29,437 nucleotides of DNA, from IMG/VR virus record IMGVR_UViG_3300029183_000028, positions 1 to 29,437 of that record. One strand, written 5' to 3'. Every line of letters begins with the position of its first letter. Position 1 is the stretch's first letter. The stretch is from a virus (Duplodnaviria > Caudoviricetes). The translations under genes and the position numbers were made by a program. Positions 1-6,900 of the stretch are shown here, piece by piece. The notes below the pieces were generated by a model. That model worked only from the letters and a program-made list of their open reading frames with translations, had not been told where the DNA came from and ran no database searches.

Positions 1-867
1 GACAGGTAAGGACGCCGCAAAACGCCACATTTCCCCATTCGGAGTATCAACTACCCTTAACACTGGTTTCCCCGCCTTAGAAACAAGGTTATGGAGGTCT
101 GCCGCATCCAGGCAGACTCCGCGTGCCCGGTGTTTATCAGCGACCGAATCCGCACTGAAATGCAAATGACACTCAGGACAGTGAGACTCCCTCTTACCAC
201 CCCACGACCTGTGGCAGCCTTGAATGGCTGCTAGCATAGGCCCATGAGTAAGATGACCTACAATCGAATCTGCGAGGGTTGCCGAACCGTAATGCAGAAT
301 GTCGGCAACCGAAAGCGATGGTGCAGCCAGTGCGCCCCCCTTTATAGAGCCAAACGGCGGACCAGACAGATCAGCCGCATCGAGGATGTCCCTAGCCACG
401 AACCGAACCGATACCTGGCCCGCAACGGATATGTCAGGCTTCGATGGAAGGTCGGAACCCAGGATTACGTCGAGTGTTACGAGCATAGGTTCGTCGCTGG
501 CTTCCCCGACGGTGATGTCCACCACATCAACCACGTCAAGACCGATAACCGACCAGAGAACCTCGCTGTGTTGAGTCGAGAAGAGCATGGGCATACGCAT
601 CGCCTGATCGACGTGGAAGAAGCGAAGCGGCTCTACGATGAAGGCTTGAGCACCATCAAGATCGGAAGGCTGATGGGCATCGACCCGTCGGCTATCTGGA
701 GGCAACTGAAGCGAGCCAACCACCCCATGAGATCCGAAGACCGGATCGCCATCCCAAATCGAGAAAAGAGATAGCCGACTACCCTTGCAGTGTGTTCCCC
801 GGTGGTCCGTGGGCCAAGAACCGTGTTCGTTCGCATACACACAAATCTCGCAGGCTACCGGCGGCAT
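1..867 (-). CDS. Zinc-binding phage protein (HCxxCH..W.G...HCxxCH..FS....DxHR type) interrupted by a 564-nt in-frame insert; runs off the left edge
   Basis: Not in the ORF track. Manual translation from ATG 867: MPPVACEICVYANEHGSWPTDHRGTHCK | 188 inserted codons | GCHRSWGGKRESHCPECHLHFSADSVADKHRARGVCLD... No stop codon in this frame from 867 to 1. Confidence 0.75.
   Translation of the reverse strand, partial: MPPVACEICVYANEHGSWPTDHRGTHCKGSRLSLFSIWDGDPVFGSHGVVGSLQLPPDSRRVDAHQPSDLDGAQAFIVEPLRFFHVDQAMRMPMLFSTQHSEVLWSVIGLDVVDVVDITVGEASDEPMLVTLDVILGSDLPSKPDISVAGQVSVRFVARDILDAADLSGPPFGSIKGGALAAPSLSVADILHYGSATLADSIVGHLTHGPMLAAIQGCHRSWGGKRESHCPECHLHFSADSVADKHRARGVCLDAADLHNLVSKAGKPVLRVVDTPNGEMWRFAASLPV
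232..243 (+). promoter_or_regulatory. Candidate -10 element for a leaderless HNH transcript
   Basis: TAGCAT (232-237), 6 nt, then ATG at 244. No Shine-Dalgarno. The inverted repeat GCAGCC-N6-GGCTGC (214-231) lies immediately upstream. Confidence 0.45.
244..774 (+). CDS. HNH homing endonuclease (HNH_3-like) with N-terminal Cys cluster and C-terminal HTH
   Basis: GYVR..YEHRFV..VHHINHVKTDNRPENL..EH motif; CxxC...CxxC at the N-terminus; GLSTIKIGRLMGIDPSAIWRQL helix-turn-helix. Confidence 0.9.
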   Translation: MSKMTYNRICEGCRTVMQNVGNRKRWCSQCAPLYRAKRRTRQISRIEDVPSHEPNRYLARNGYVRLRWKVGTQDYVECYEHRFVAGFPDGDVHHINHVKTDNRPENLAVLSREEHGHTHRLIDVEEAKRLYDEGLSTIKIGRLMGIDPSAIWRQLKRANHPMRSEDRIAIPNREKR

Positions 868-1013
868 TCTGAACAGTCCTTCACCGTCTTACGGCCCTTC
901 GGAATCAACTTACGGTTCACCTGACCTTTACGGCCACACCCCTCACAGCGGACCGCCTGTGAGCCGGATAGTCGGACGTCGGGCGGCGTGTTTCTACGGG
1001 GACGGTCACCCAT
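855..1013 (-). CDS. Small zinc-finger protein, 52 aa
   Basis: Manual translation MGDRPRRNTPPDVRLSGSQAVRCEGCGRKGQVNRKLIPKGRKTVKDCSECRR*. Two CxxC motifs; overlaps both neighbours. Confidence 0.65.
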   Translation of the reverse strand: MGDRPRRNTPPDVRLSGSQAVRCEGCGRKGQVNRKLIPKGRKTVKDCSECRR

Positions 1014-1359
1014 TCGCTAGTTCCTTCCAGTATTCAGCTTCAAACTTCCAGTCAACCGCTTTCGCCAAGTCGACCGAAAGTGCCTGCCGTTTCAACTCCC
1101 GGTAGTAATCCTCACCGAACCGTTCGATAATCCACTCCTCCCACTCCAAGGGGCGATGAGTGAATTTGACATGACAGCCACGACATAGGGCGACAGCGTT
1201 GCTCGAGGATGTTCGAATCGACTTATACCGTCGGCTGATCAGGTGAGCGCATTGCAGATAGTCGGCTGATCCGCAGTTCTGACAGCGTTCGTCGCGGGCG
1301 CGTATGTATTTCGAAAACCACCTGTCGGCCTGCGCCTGATAGTTTCTACGTTTCGTCAC
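1006..1359 (-). CDS. NinG/Rap-like HNH-fold nuclease
   Basis: ADRWFSKYIRARD..CQNCG..QCAHLISR..NAVALCRGCH matches the lambda NinG pattern. GTG start at 1359 preferred over 1386. Confidence 0.8.
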   Translation of the reverse strand: MTKRRNYQAQADRWFSKYIRARDERCQNCGSADYLQCAHLISRRYKSIRTSSSNAVALCRGCHVKFTHRPLEWEEWIIERFGEDYYRELKRQALSVDLAKAVDWKFEAEYWKELANG

Positions 1360-1951
1360 TGACCCGCCTAACCAACAGTCCACCAACAGCCAACAGCCCG
1401 ACCGCAGCCGCCAGCCACAAGCCCGAAGGTGGTCCCGTGAAAGGCAGTTCAGGCGTGGTTGTCGTAACAGGCGGAATCGAGGTTGTGGTCGTGGACGGCA
1501 GGCTTGTTGTCGTAGAAGGGACTACGGAACTCGATGTCGTCGTGACAATGGTAGAGGACGAGGTAGTGGTCGGTGTGGTGGTGGTGGTAGACGGGTCGGT
1601 CGTAGTCGTAGTAGTAGTTGGTTGTGTTGTCGTAGTCGGCATAGTCGTGGTCGAACTCGTTGTTGAGCTCGTCGTGGTGGTTGTCGGGTCGTGGCATTTC
1701 TGGACCGTGTCCCATGAGTTCCTTCCTGCCAGCGGCGGCACATTGATATTCTCACCGTTGGTGCGGACGTTCAACAGCGGATCGAAGCCTTCCTCGTAGA
1801 AATTCGCATAGTCATACGACCCAGGAACGAAACCGGAATGGTGGTGGAACGTCCGACATTCCCCCGACGCGGCGGCTGTTAGTGCCACAGTGAATCCTGC
1901 GGCGAGTATGACTAGAACTGTGAGTAGTGCTAGTAGTGGTCTGTTTCTCAC
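1346..1951 (-). CDS. Secreted Thr/Ser-rich protein with LPxTG sortase signal
   Basis: N-terminal signal peptide, short Cys-flanked domain, ~80-aa poly-Thr/Ser/Pro tract, then LPFTG, a hydrophobic segment and RR. Confidence 0.85.
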   Translation of the reverse strand: MRNRPLLALLTVLVILAAGFTVALTAAASGECRTFHHHSGFVPGSYDYANFYEEGFDPLLNVRTNGENINVPPLAGRNSWDTVQKCHDPTTTTTSSTTSSTTTMPTTTTQPTTTTTTTDPSTTTTTPTTTSSSTIVTTTSSSVVPSTTTSLPSTTTTSIPPVTTTTPELPFTGPPSGLWLAAAVGLLAVGGLLVRRVSDET

Positions 1952-2166
1952 TCTTCCTCCGTTGTGTTGTCTTGTGGACAGACATGGACGACTTGTATTT
2001 CGCCGTCCAGTTCGATTTCGTGGCAGACATACCTCACGACCATTTCCGGCCGCAGGTCTACCCCCATTGATATTTGTAGTGCGTTGATCTTGTCTCGAAT
2101 GTCCACACCGTCAACCGACACGACGTCGGGGATCACCCCATCAAAATCGATTCGGACCCTGCTCAT
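1948..2166 (-). CDS. Hypothetical protein, 72 aa
   Basis: 4-nt overlaps with both neighbours; protein-like composition. Confidence 0.7.
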   Translation of the reverse strand: MSRVRIDFDGVIPDVVSVDGVDIRDKINALQISMGVDLRPEMVVRYVCHEIELDGEIQVVHVCPQDNTTEEE

Positions 2167-2636
2167 GTTTCCTCTGTTTGGTTCTTTTCTAACTGTGCAT
2201 GTAAAAAGTATTTGGACGGGTTCTGGCCCTGCTCAACCCACAACTCGAGGCCGACGCCGAACCGCATCCAACACCGCTTATACGCATCGCTTGCGGCCGT
2301 CTTCAAGTTCTCGCCGTCCGAATGGACTTCGGGTGAGTTCGCCACCCCCACCTCAGTCACCGAATACGTTTCGCCGTCGATCACGGCAGTCAACCTAGCC
2401 GTACACGCCACAATCCCCGAAGGCCGTTCAGGATTACTTTTCCCACCCTTACCCGACCATGCGGGAATATGTCCCCGCACATAGTCCACTACTTCGAACG
2501 AAACTGGACGGCCGAGCTTCCCTAACGCGATCTGTTCGATGTCGTCGTGGCCCACATATTTGCCGTGTTTGCCTTGCGGCGGGTTCTTAATGAACTGTTC
2601 CGGTATACGTTCAGTCAGCTTCAGGAAGTCGCCCAT
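2163..2636 (-). CDS. Rad52/Sak-like single-strand annealing protein
   Basis: KYVGHD..LG...ENLKTAASDAYKRCWMRFGVGLELW resembles the Rad52-family K.A.SDA.KR....G.G..LW motif. Start reassigned to ATG 2636, preceded by GAAAGGG. Confidence 0.8.
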   Translation of the reverse strand: MGDFLKLTERIPEQFIKNPPQGKHGKYVGHDDIEQIALGKLGRPVSFEVVDYVRGHIPAWSGKGGKSNPERPSGIVACTARLTAVIDGETYSVTEVGVANSPEVHSDGENLKTAASDAYKRCWMRFGVGLELWVEQGQNPSKYFLHAQLEKNQTEET

Positions 2637-2950
2637 CGCCACCCTTTCGGTACATGCCTCGTCGGTTTCCCACAACGGCCGCAGTCCAACACGACCGACA
2701 CCGGAAACCCCTGAGCGTATTTCGCTTTGCTCGATAACGACGACCACGGAAAATGCGAAGTCGTATAGCCGCCCGGCAACACCACCACATCCTCCGGTCC
2801 CGTATAGGCGTCGCCGACCGGACCCGAATGCCATCCAGGTAGACACAACGCCCACAGTTGGCGCGGTTTCGGCATCCACTTCGGCCGGTAATCCGACGTA
2901 TGTTCATCGCGGGTGTCCGGTGGCAGTTCACCCGGATAACCGTCATACAT
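2621..2950 (-). CDS. Hypothetical protein with a CGRC motif
   Basis: Fills the gap between coupled genes; ATG 2950 overlaps the upstream stop. Confidence 0.55.
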   Translation of the reverse strand: MYDGYPGELPPDTRDEHTSDYRPKWMPKPRQLWALCLPGWHSGPVGDAYTGPEDVVVLPGGYTTSHFPWSSLSSKAKYAQGFPVSVVLDCGRCGKPTRHVPKGWRWATS

Positions 2951-3476
2951 GACGCCACTCCGTCCGCCGTTCCAACGTGCCGACCTCATAGGTGCGGGTT
3001 ATCGAAATGACACTACCGTCACGTCGACCCGTAGTAGTGGACGAGCTCAATTCAACGACCCGTGACTCGACCAGTCCTTTGTCGCGTAGTCGTCGGAGGA
3101 CGCGTTGTAGTGCTTCATCCGACGTCAACTGCAGCCGTTCGAGAAGGGCGTCAGTCGACCACCATCCTCCATCGATAAATAGGAAGTCTGTTACACGGTC
3201 AGCTGTGAACCATGCCGACTGGCTGTTTAGGCCTCTTTTGATGGCATCTGCGCGTCTCCGTTTTCGTTCCGACCTACCGTGCTTGCATTCGTCGCATCGA
3301 CAACCGTGCTGCCTGTAGAACTGTTCCGAACCGTGGCCCGTGGCCGGCTTCCTGCCTGGTGTAGCGACCTTCGTAGGGTCGCCGTGGCGCAGCCAACGTG
3401 TGTAATGCTTCTTGCACCACCCACGCGAGACAACCGTCCGATCGCAATCCTCGACCCTACAGACTGTTACAGCCAT
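2943..3476 (-). CDS. Zinc-finger plus winged-helix putative DNA-binding protein
   Basis: C-x4-C..RGWCKKHY..W.RHGDP finger, HG..Y..HGCRCDEC motif, and C-terminal ALQRVLRRLRDKGLVE resembling a winged helix. Confidence 0.75.
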   Translation of the reverse strand: MAVTVCRVEDCDRTVVSRGWCKKHYTRWLRHGDPTKVATPGRKPATGHGSEQFYRQHGCRCDECKHGRSERKRRRADAIKRGLNSQSAWFTADRVTDFLFIDGGWWSTDALLERLQLTSDEALQRVLRRLRDKGLVESRVVELSSSTTTGRRDGSVISITRTYEVGTLERRTEWRHV

Positions 3477-3616
3477 TTGGTGACTCGTTTCAGATCATCG
3501 GACAGTTCAAACCGTCGTCCGCAACCGTACGAACATTTGAACACCCACCGGTAACGCGACGCAACAGGATCTAGGTAGAGGGTGCCGTCACAGTTCGGAC
3601 ACAAATCGACGTTCAT
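3467..3616 (-). CDS. Small zinc-ribbon protein, 49 aa
   Basis: Manual translation MNVDLCPNCDGTLYLDPVASRYRWVFKCSYGCGRRFELSDDLKRVTKWL*. ATGA-coupled to the upstream gene. Confidence 0.7.
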   Translation of the reverse strand: MNVDLCPNCDGTLYLDPVASRYRWVFKCSYGCGRRFELSDDLKRVTKWL

Positions 3617-3828
3617 ACGAGAATGTCCTTAGTCAACCGATAGTTATAGATCTTCGACCGGTGACGATGCCGCTTACACACCGTCCGCTCCACAAACGCC
3701 CCCTCCGCCTGCAATTCGAGAATCCGGGCGGAAACTTCATAGACGTCTGCTTGGGCGAAGTCACGTCGGCAGCGGCCGTCGGGGTGAGCTCTGAGTAGTT
3801 GAAGGACGGTTCTTGTTGTTGGTTTCAC
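3613..3828 (-). CDS. Small winged-helix/HTH protein
   Basis: VLQLLR..SARILELQAEG..V..YRL is a pattern seen in small phage HTH proteins. Confidence 0.65.
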   Translation of the reverse strand: MKPTTRTVLQLLRAHPDGRCRRDFAQADVYEVSARILELQAEGAFVERTVCKRHRHRSKIYNYRLTKDILV

Positions 3829-4025
3829 AGTTCTCTCCGTTCTCTAGCTCGTAGTCCGCCCCACACACCGAAGTTCTGGTCGGTGGTGACCGCATAGTCT
3901 AAGCATTCTTGTTGGACGGGACAGTCCCGGCAGATCCGTCGGGCTTTGGTTATGGGGTGGCCGCGGTCTACGAAGAATATGTCGGGGTCGGAGTCGAGAC
4001 ACGCCGCCTTTTCACGCCAGGTCAT
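3825..4025 (-). CDS. whiB: WhiB-family Fe-S transcription regulator
   Basis: W..KAAC..DPDIFF..ARRICRDCPVQQECLDYA..FGVWGG: four Cys plus the GVWGG turn. Confidence 0.95.
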   Translation of the reverse strand: MTWREKAACLDSDPDIFFVDRGHPITKARRICRDCPVQQECLDYAVTTDQNFGVWGGLRARERREL

Positions 4026-4216
4026 TTCCAGACGCCCTCCGTAGTAGACCGTCCGTCGTCAGACACGCACGTTGGCTGTTCTCCTGTAAGCCGCACCTGT
4101 CTGAACTCAATGTGGAAGCCTTCTGGACAGGTAAACACAGCAGGTGGGCCTGGAGTTGACGAACAGGCGCTCAACGCAAATGCTGCCGCTACTAACCATT
4201 TCATCACATCAGTCAT
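4022..4216 (-). CDS. Small putative lipoprotein
   Basis: MKWLVAAAFALSAC lipobox; two further Cys in the mature part. Confidence 0.7.
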   Translation of the reverse strand: MTDVMKWLVAAAFALSACSSTPGPPAVFTCPEGFHIEFRQVRLTGEQPTCVSDDGRSTTEGVWK

Positions 4217-4386
4217 TTGTGTTTCCGATACCATTCAGCAGTCGCCGCATTCACCGACGTATGATGCCAATACCCACATTGAGGACACTGATAGACGCGG
4301 TTTTGGCCGGCGCCGATACGACGCACCCACTTCTTCGTCTGCCGTCTCGAGTCGAACGGCCGTTTTCCTGACGGACATAAACTCAC
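4213..4386 (-). CDS. Small zinc-binding phage protein
   Basis: C..GK..F....RVYQCPQCGYWHHTS; GTGA-coupled start at 4386. Confidence 0.75.
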   Translation of the reverse strand: MSLCPSGKRPFDSRRQTKKWVRRIGAGQNRVYQCPQCGYWHHTSVNAATAEWYRKHK

Positions 4387-4592
4387 AACGCATCCACATA
4401 CGCAGCAGCCAACACGATCAACAGAAACAACAAGCCGACCGCATACGGGGCGACACCCCATCCCGGCGCCCAGCCGTCCAACGAATAATGCGCGACATGG
4501 TGACATTCACCGCACCGGATACGACCTGTCCACCGGGTAGACGGACGGATTGTGAGTCCTGACGCGCAGGTCGGGCATCTATCTGGATTCAT
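4383..4592 (-). CDS. Zinc-ribbon protein with C-terminal transmembrane helix
   Basis: CPTC...CGEC followed by AVGLLFLLIVLAAAYV. Confidence 0.7.
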   Translation of the reverse strand: MNPDRCPTCASGLTIRPSTRWTGRIRCGECHHVAHYSLDGWAPGWGVAPYAVGLLFLLIVLAAAYVDAL

Positions 4593-4765
4593 AAAGGCAG
4601 TCCTTTCAGTTTCTCTTGCAGCCGTTCTAAACGTTGTTGCTGTTTGACGTTCGTTTCGAACTCGTCGTCCAACCCCATGCCCCGTTCACCATCCAACCTC
4701 GCCCACTCCGAGGATATGAGCCGGCGTATCACCCAAATGTCGTCAGGCGACAGGTTGATGTTCAT
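4589..4765 (-). CDS. Hypothetical helical protein
   Basis: ATGA overlaps at both ends when started at 4765. Confidence 0.65.
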   Translation of the reverse strand: MNINLSPDDIWVIRRLISSEWARLDGERGMGLDDEFETNVKQQQRLERLQEKLKGLPL

Positions 4766-4842
4766 TCGCATTCGCCTTCATGTTTGGGTTGGCCGTCGAC
4801 AATGACCACTAGCTGGTCGCAGGTTGTGCAGCGGAGTTCCAT
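4762..4842 (-). CDS. Micro-protein, 26 aa (CxxC...HxxxC)
   Basis: MELRCTTCDQLVVIVDGQPKHEGECE*; TGATG and ATGA coupling to its neighbours. Confidence 0.55.
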   Translation of the reverse strand: MELRCTTCDQLVVIVDGQPKHEGECE

Positions 4843-4928
4843 CAGGCACAGTCCAGGCAGACTAGGTCGTCGTCTTTCCGCTGGTAGACGGTTGACGTTT
4901 GGTTGCATTCAGGACAACGGGCAATCAT
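4842..4928 (-). CDS. Micro zinc-ribbon protein, 28 aa
   Basis: MIARCPECNQTSTVYQRKDDDLVCLDCA*; two CxxC motifs; coupled at both ends. Confidence 0.65.
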   Translation of the reverse strand: MIARCPECNQTSTVYQRKDDDLVCLDCA

Positions 4929-5026
4929 TCTTGCTCCGTCGGGTTGTAGTCATCCAACCTTCCACCAAACAGGGTGGTGGTTTGTGGTTTGAACCAGAGG
5001 ACGAACCGATACCACTTGTATTTCAT
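4925..5026 (-). CDS. Micro-protein, 33 aa
   Basis: AGGAGG Shine-Dalgarno before ATG; MKYKWYRFVLWFKPQTTTLFGGRLDDYNPTEQE*. Confidence 0.6.
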   Translation of the reverse strand: MKYKWYRFVLWFKPQTTTLFGGRLDDYNPTEQE

Positions 5027-5034
5027 GTTTCCTC

Positions 5035-5190
5035 CTACGGAATTTTTGTGACGATTGTTTTGCGTATCTCGAGGTTGTGTTTGTTGATGTGTTTGTAGAC
5101 AGCTTGGGGGCTGATGCGGAGTTCGTGTGCCACTTCGAGGACTGTGTATCCCTTGTCGAGCAGCTCCGACACTTTCTGGTAAGTCTTCAT
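5035..5190 (-). CDS. Small HTH DNA-binding protein (Cro/regulator-like), first gene of the early operon
   Basis: GYTVLEVAHELRISPQAVYKHI helix-turn-helix. ATG 5190 lies 7 nt after a -10 box. Confidence 0.8.
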   Translation of the reverse strand: MKTYQKVSELLDKGYTVLEVAHELRISPQAVYKHINKHNLEIRKTIVTKIP

Positions 5191-5197
5191 GGTTGTC

Positions 5198-5225
5198 ATC
5201 CTACAGATTATCGGCGGGTTGTCAA
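5198..5225 (-). promoter_or_regulatory. Sigma70/SigA-type promoter, likely leaderless
   Basis: TTGACA (5225-5220), 16 nt, TAGGAT (5203-5198), 7 nt, ATG. Directly downstream of a terminator. Confidence 0.8.
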
Positions 5226-5236
5226 CTGGCTTGAGC

Positions 5237-5269
5237 GAAAAGAAAGACCCCCCGCCGAAGCGGGGGGTC
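5237..5269 (-). terminator. Intrinsic terminator ending the late/accessory transcript
   Basis: Perfect 10-bp stem GACCCCCCGC-TTCG-GCGGGGGGTC followed by TTTCTTTTC on the minus strand. Confidence 0.9.
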
Positions 5270-5274
5270 AATCA

Positions 5275-5465
5275 GTGGGGCGCTTACCTTGTGGATCATT
5301 CCGTTTCGGCCTTGTCACTCCTTACGGGCGTCTGACCATCCGACGCCTAGCCACTAGCGCATAACCCCACACCGCGGGGGCGTCTCCCTGTCAATCTACA
5401 AGCCACGGACAGGGGGCGGGATGTCCGATTACGGGATGCAGACCACGGAGGTCAGGAAGACGCCC
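5275..5465 (-). ncRNA. Candidate structured non-coding RNA (two stem domains), family not recognised
   Basis: ~200 nt with no convincing ORF. 13-bp stem 5453-5465/5378-5390 encloses 8-bp and 6-bp stems and a C-rich loop. A second domain (5275-5370) has closing stems and a GGCGTC/GACGCC hairpin. Confidence 0.45.
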
Positions 5466-5472
5466 AAACCAT

Positions 5473-6900
5473 TTACGAATAGCCGAGAGCGTTCCAGGCA
5501 GCATGACCGACCACATCTTTTGATCTGCCGTCGCCACTAACCCAAAAGTCTTTAGACAAGTCGTAGTCGTTGTCCTCGATGATCAGCCCGCTTGGGTCTG
5601 CGAGGAAGTCACAACCGTCACGTTTGATCTTGTTGTGGACCGCAATGTTATAGCCGCGGACGTTGGTGATGTTGTTGCGACGGATAGTCGACCCGCACAT
5701 TGCAGACCACACATCATCCGGAACTTCATACTGCCTGCTCAGTTTCGGTGCGTACGCAGTGACCGCAATCCACACGTCATCGAAGTCGTTGTCCTCAACT
5801 TGGACGACTCCAGAATTGGCAAGACCGACCGCCGCATGGACGTAATCCTGTTTGACCGCTTTGGTTCCGACCTTCCTAAACCGATTTTTTAGAACCTTGC
5901 CGCCGTGGGTGATCTCATGTTTGATCGCATGGCGGTCCATCCGCTCAAAATCAGTGTTCACCACGTCGAATTCACGGACGTTGCCGTCGGCCCACCAACC
6001 GTTCGCGTGGCCGTTCTGGTCATGCAGATACGAGTCCTTCAAGAGAACCTTGTTGGTCGACGTGATCTTGCAGATGCCACGGTCTGACGGTTCGATCCGT
6101 GGGGTTCCCCAATCACGAGTGTGGTCGTCACCCGACGAGAAGAAGTCGACCCGTTCGAATAGCCAGTCTCCATGCTTGCCGGACTTCGAACCACCCTTCA
6201 CACAGAGGGCTCCGTTGCCCCATGACGTCACGTTTGTGAGGGTGAGGTGTTCGCCCATACATTGGAAGCCGTGGCGGAACATGTGACGAGATTCGAAATT
6301 CTGGAAGCGGATGTTGGGGGCGCCAACACGGAACGGCCCGAACTTGTCCTTGTAGCAGCGGTAACGCTCAATCGTCATGTTGAAAAACTGGTTACCCGGC
6401 TGCAACTCCATGATGAATTCGAGTCCGCCAGTGGGCTGTGATCCCGGCTCGAGTGACGCGTATTTCGCCTGGCCGTCCCAAATCACCCGTTGGTGGTCTG
6501 CAGGGTCACCGAAATAGCGGTTATCCTCCTTGTTTGGGACCGCCTGTAGGGAATATTTACCTCCCTGCAAAGCAAAGTCAGTTCCGGGAGGGTTGTTGCG
6601 GATCTTGTCTGCAATGTTCGACGGATTCACCGCAACCGCGCCAGATGGGACGGGTACGGCGGCGTGGACACCCGCGCCGACCTTCGTAGTTGTCGGTGGC
6701 GGAATCGGATCAGGTTCGGGTTCAGGTTCGGGGTCTATTGTTGCCGGTTCGGGAATATGTAACACCCAACCCGGACGGATCAGATCAGGGTTGTCGAGCC
6801 ACGGGTTCGCCTTAGCAATATCCGACGACGACACGCCCTCAATGCCAGCTGCAATATCTCCGAGGGTGTCGCCGGATTGGACTTCGTAATGGCCGGTCAT
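5473..6900 (-). CDS. LysM domain + Pro/Glu linker + right-handed parallel beta-helix protein (pectin-lyase-like fold)
   Basis: YEVQSGDTLGDIA..IAKANP..NPDLIRPGWVLHIP is a LysM; PEPEPEPD linker; then beta-helix-type repeats (DSYLHD..NGWWAD..AIKHEI..KNRF..VEDNDF). Confidence 0.85.
   Translation of the reverse strand: MTGHYEVQSGDTLGDIAAGIEGVSSSDIAKANPWLDNPDLIRPGWVLHIPEPATIDPEPEPEPDPIPPPTTTKVGAGVHAAVPVPSGAVAVNPSNIADKIRNNPPGTDFALQGGKYSLQAVPNKEDNRYFGDPADHQRVIWDGQAKYASLEPGSQPTGGLEFIMELQPGNQFFNMTIERYRCYKDKFGPFRVGAPNIRFQNFESRHMFRHGFQCMGEHLTLTNVTSWGNGALCVKGGSKSGKHGDWLFERVDFFSSGDDHTRDWGTPRIEPSDRGICKITSTNKVLLKDSYLHDQNGHANGWWADGNVREFDVVNTDFERMDRHAIKHEITHGGKVLKNRFRKVGTKAVKQDYVHAAVGLANSGVVQVEDNDFDDVWIAVTAYAPKLSRQYEVPDDVWSAMCGSTIRRNNITNVRGYNIAVHNKIKRDGCDFLADPSGLIIEDNDYDLSKDFWVSGDGRSKDVVGHAAWNALGYS

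Noticed and set aside
220-783. Inserted 188-aa peptide as an intein
   Set aside because: No intein block motifs and no terminal His-Asn; it is simply the antisense translation of the HNH.
218-787. CAAGG direct repeat as a target-site duplication for the HNH insert
   Set aside because: The copies are 565 nt apart; removing that length frameshifts the gene, whereas 564 nt restores it.
889-933. Three TTACGG copies and a nearby CTCACAG/CTGTGAG hairpin, suggesting a structured RNA or intron
   Set aside because: Explained by repeated CGT-AAR (Arg-Lys) codons in the 52-aa zinc-finger ORF at 855-1013; no group II domain V consensus.
1437-1799. Val-rich plus-strand ORF and apparent tandem repeats
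   Set aside because: Antisense shadow of the poly-Thr tract; no repeat-spacer structure, so not CRISPR.
5270-5345. Hammerhead ribozyme (GAAAC and CUGA words present)
   Set aside because: No CUGAnGA core correctly placed relative to a stem and GAAA.
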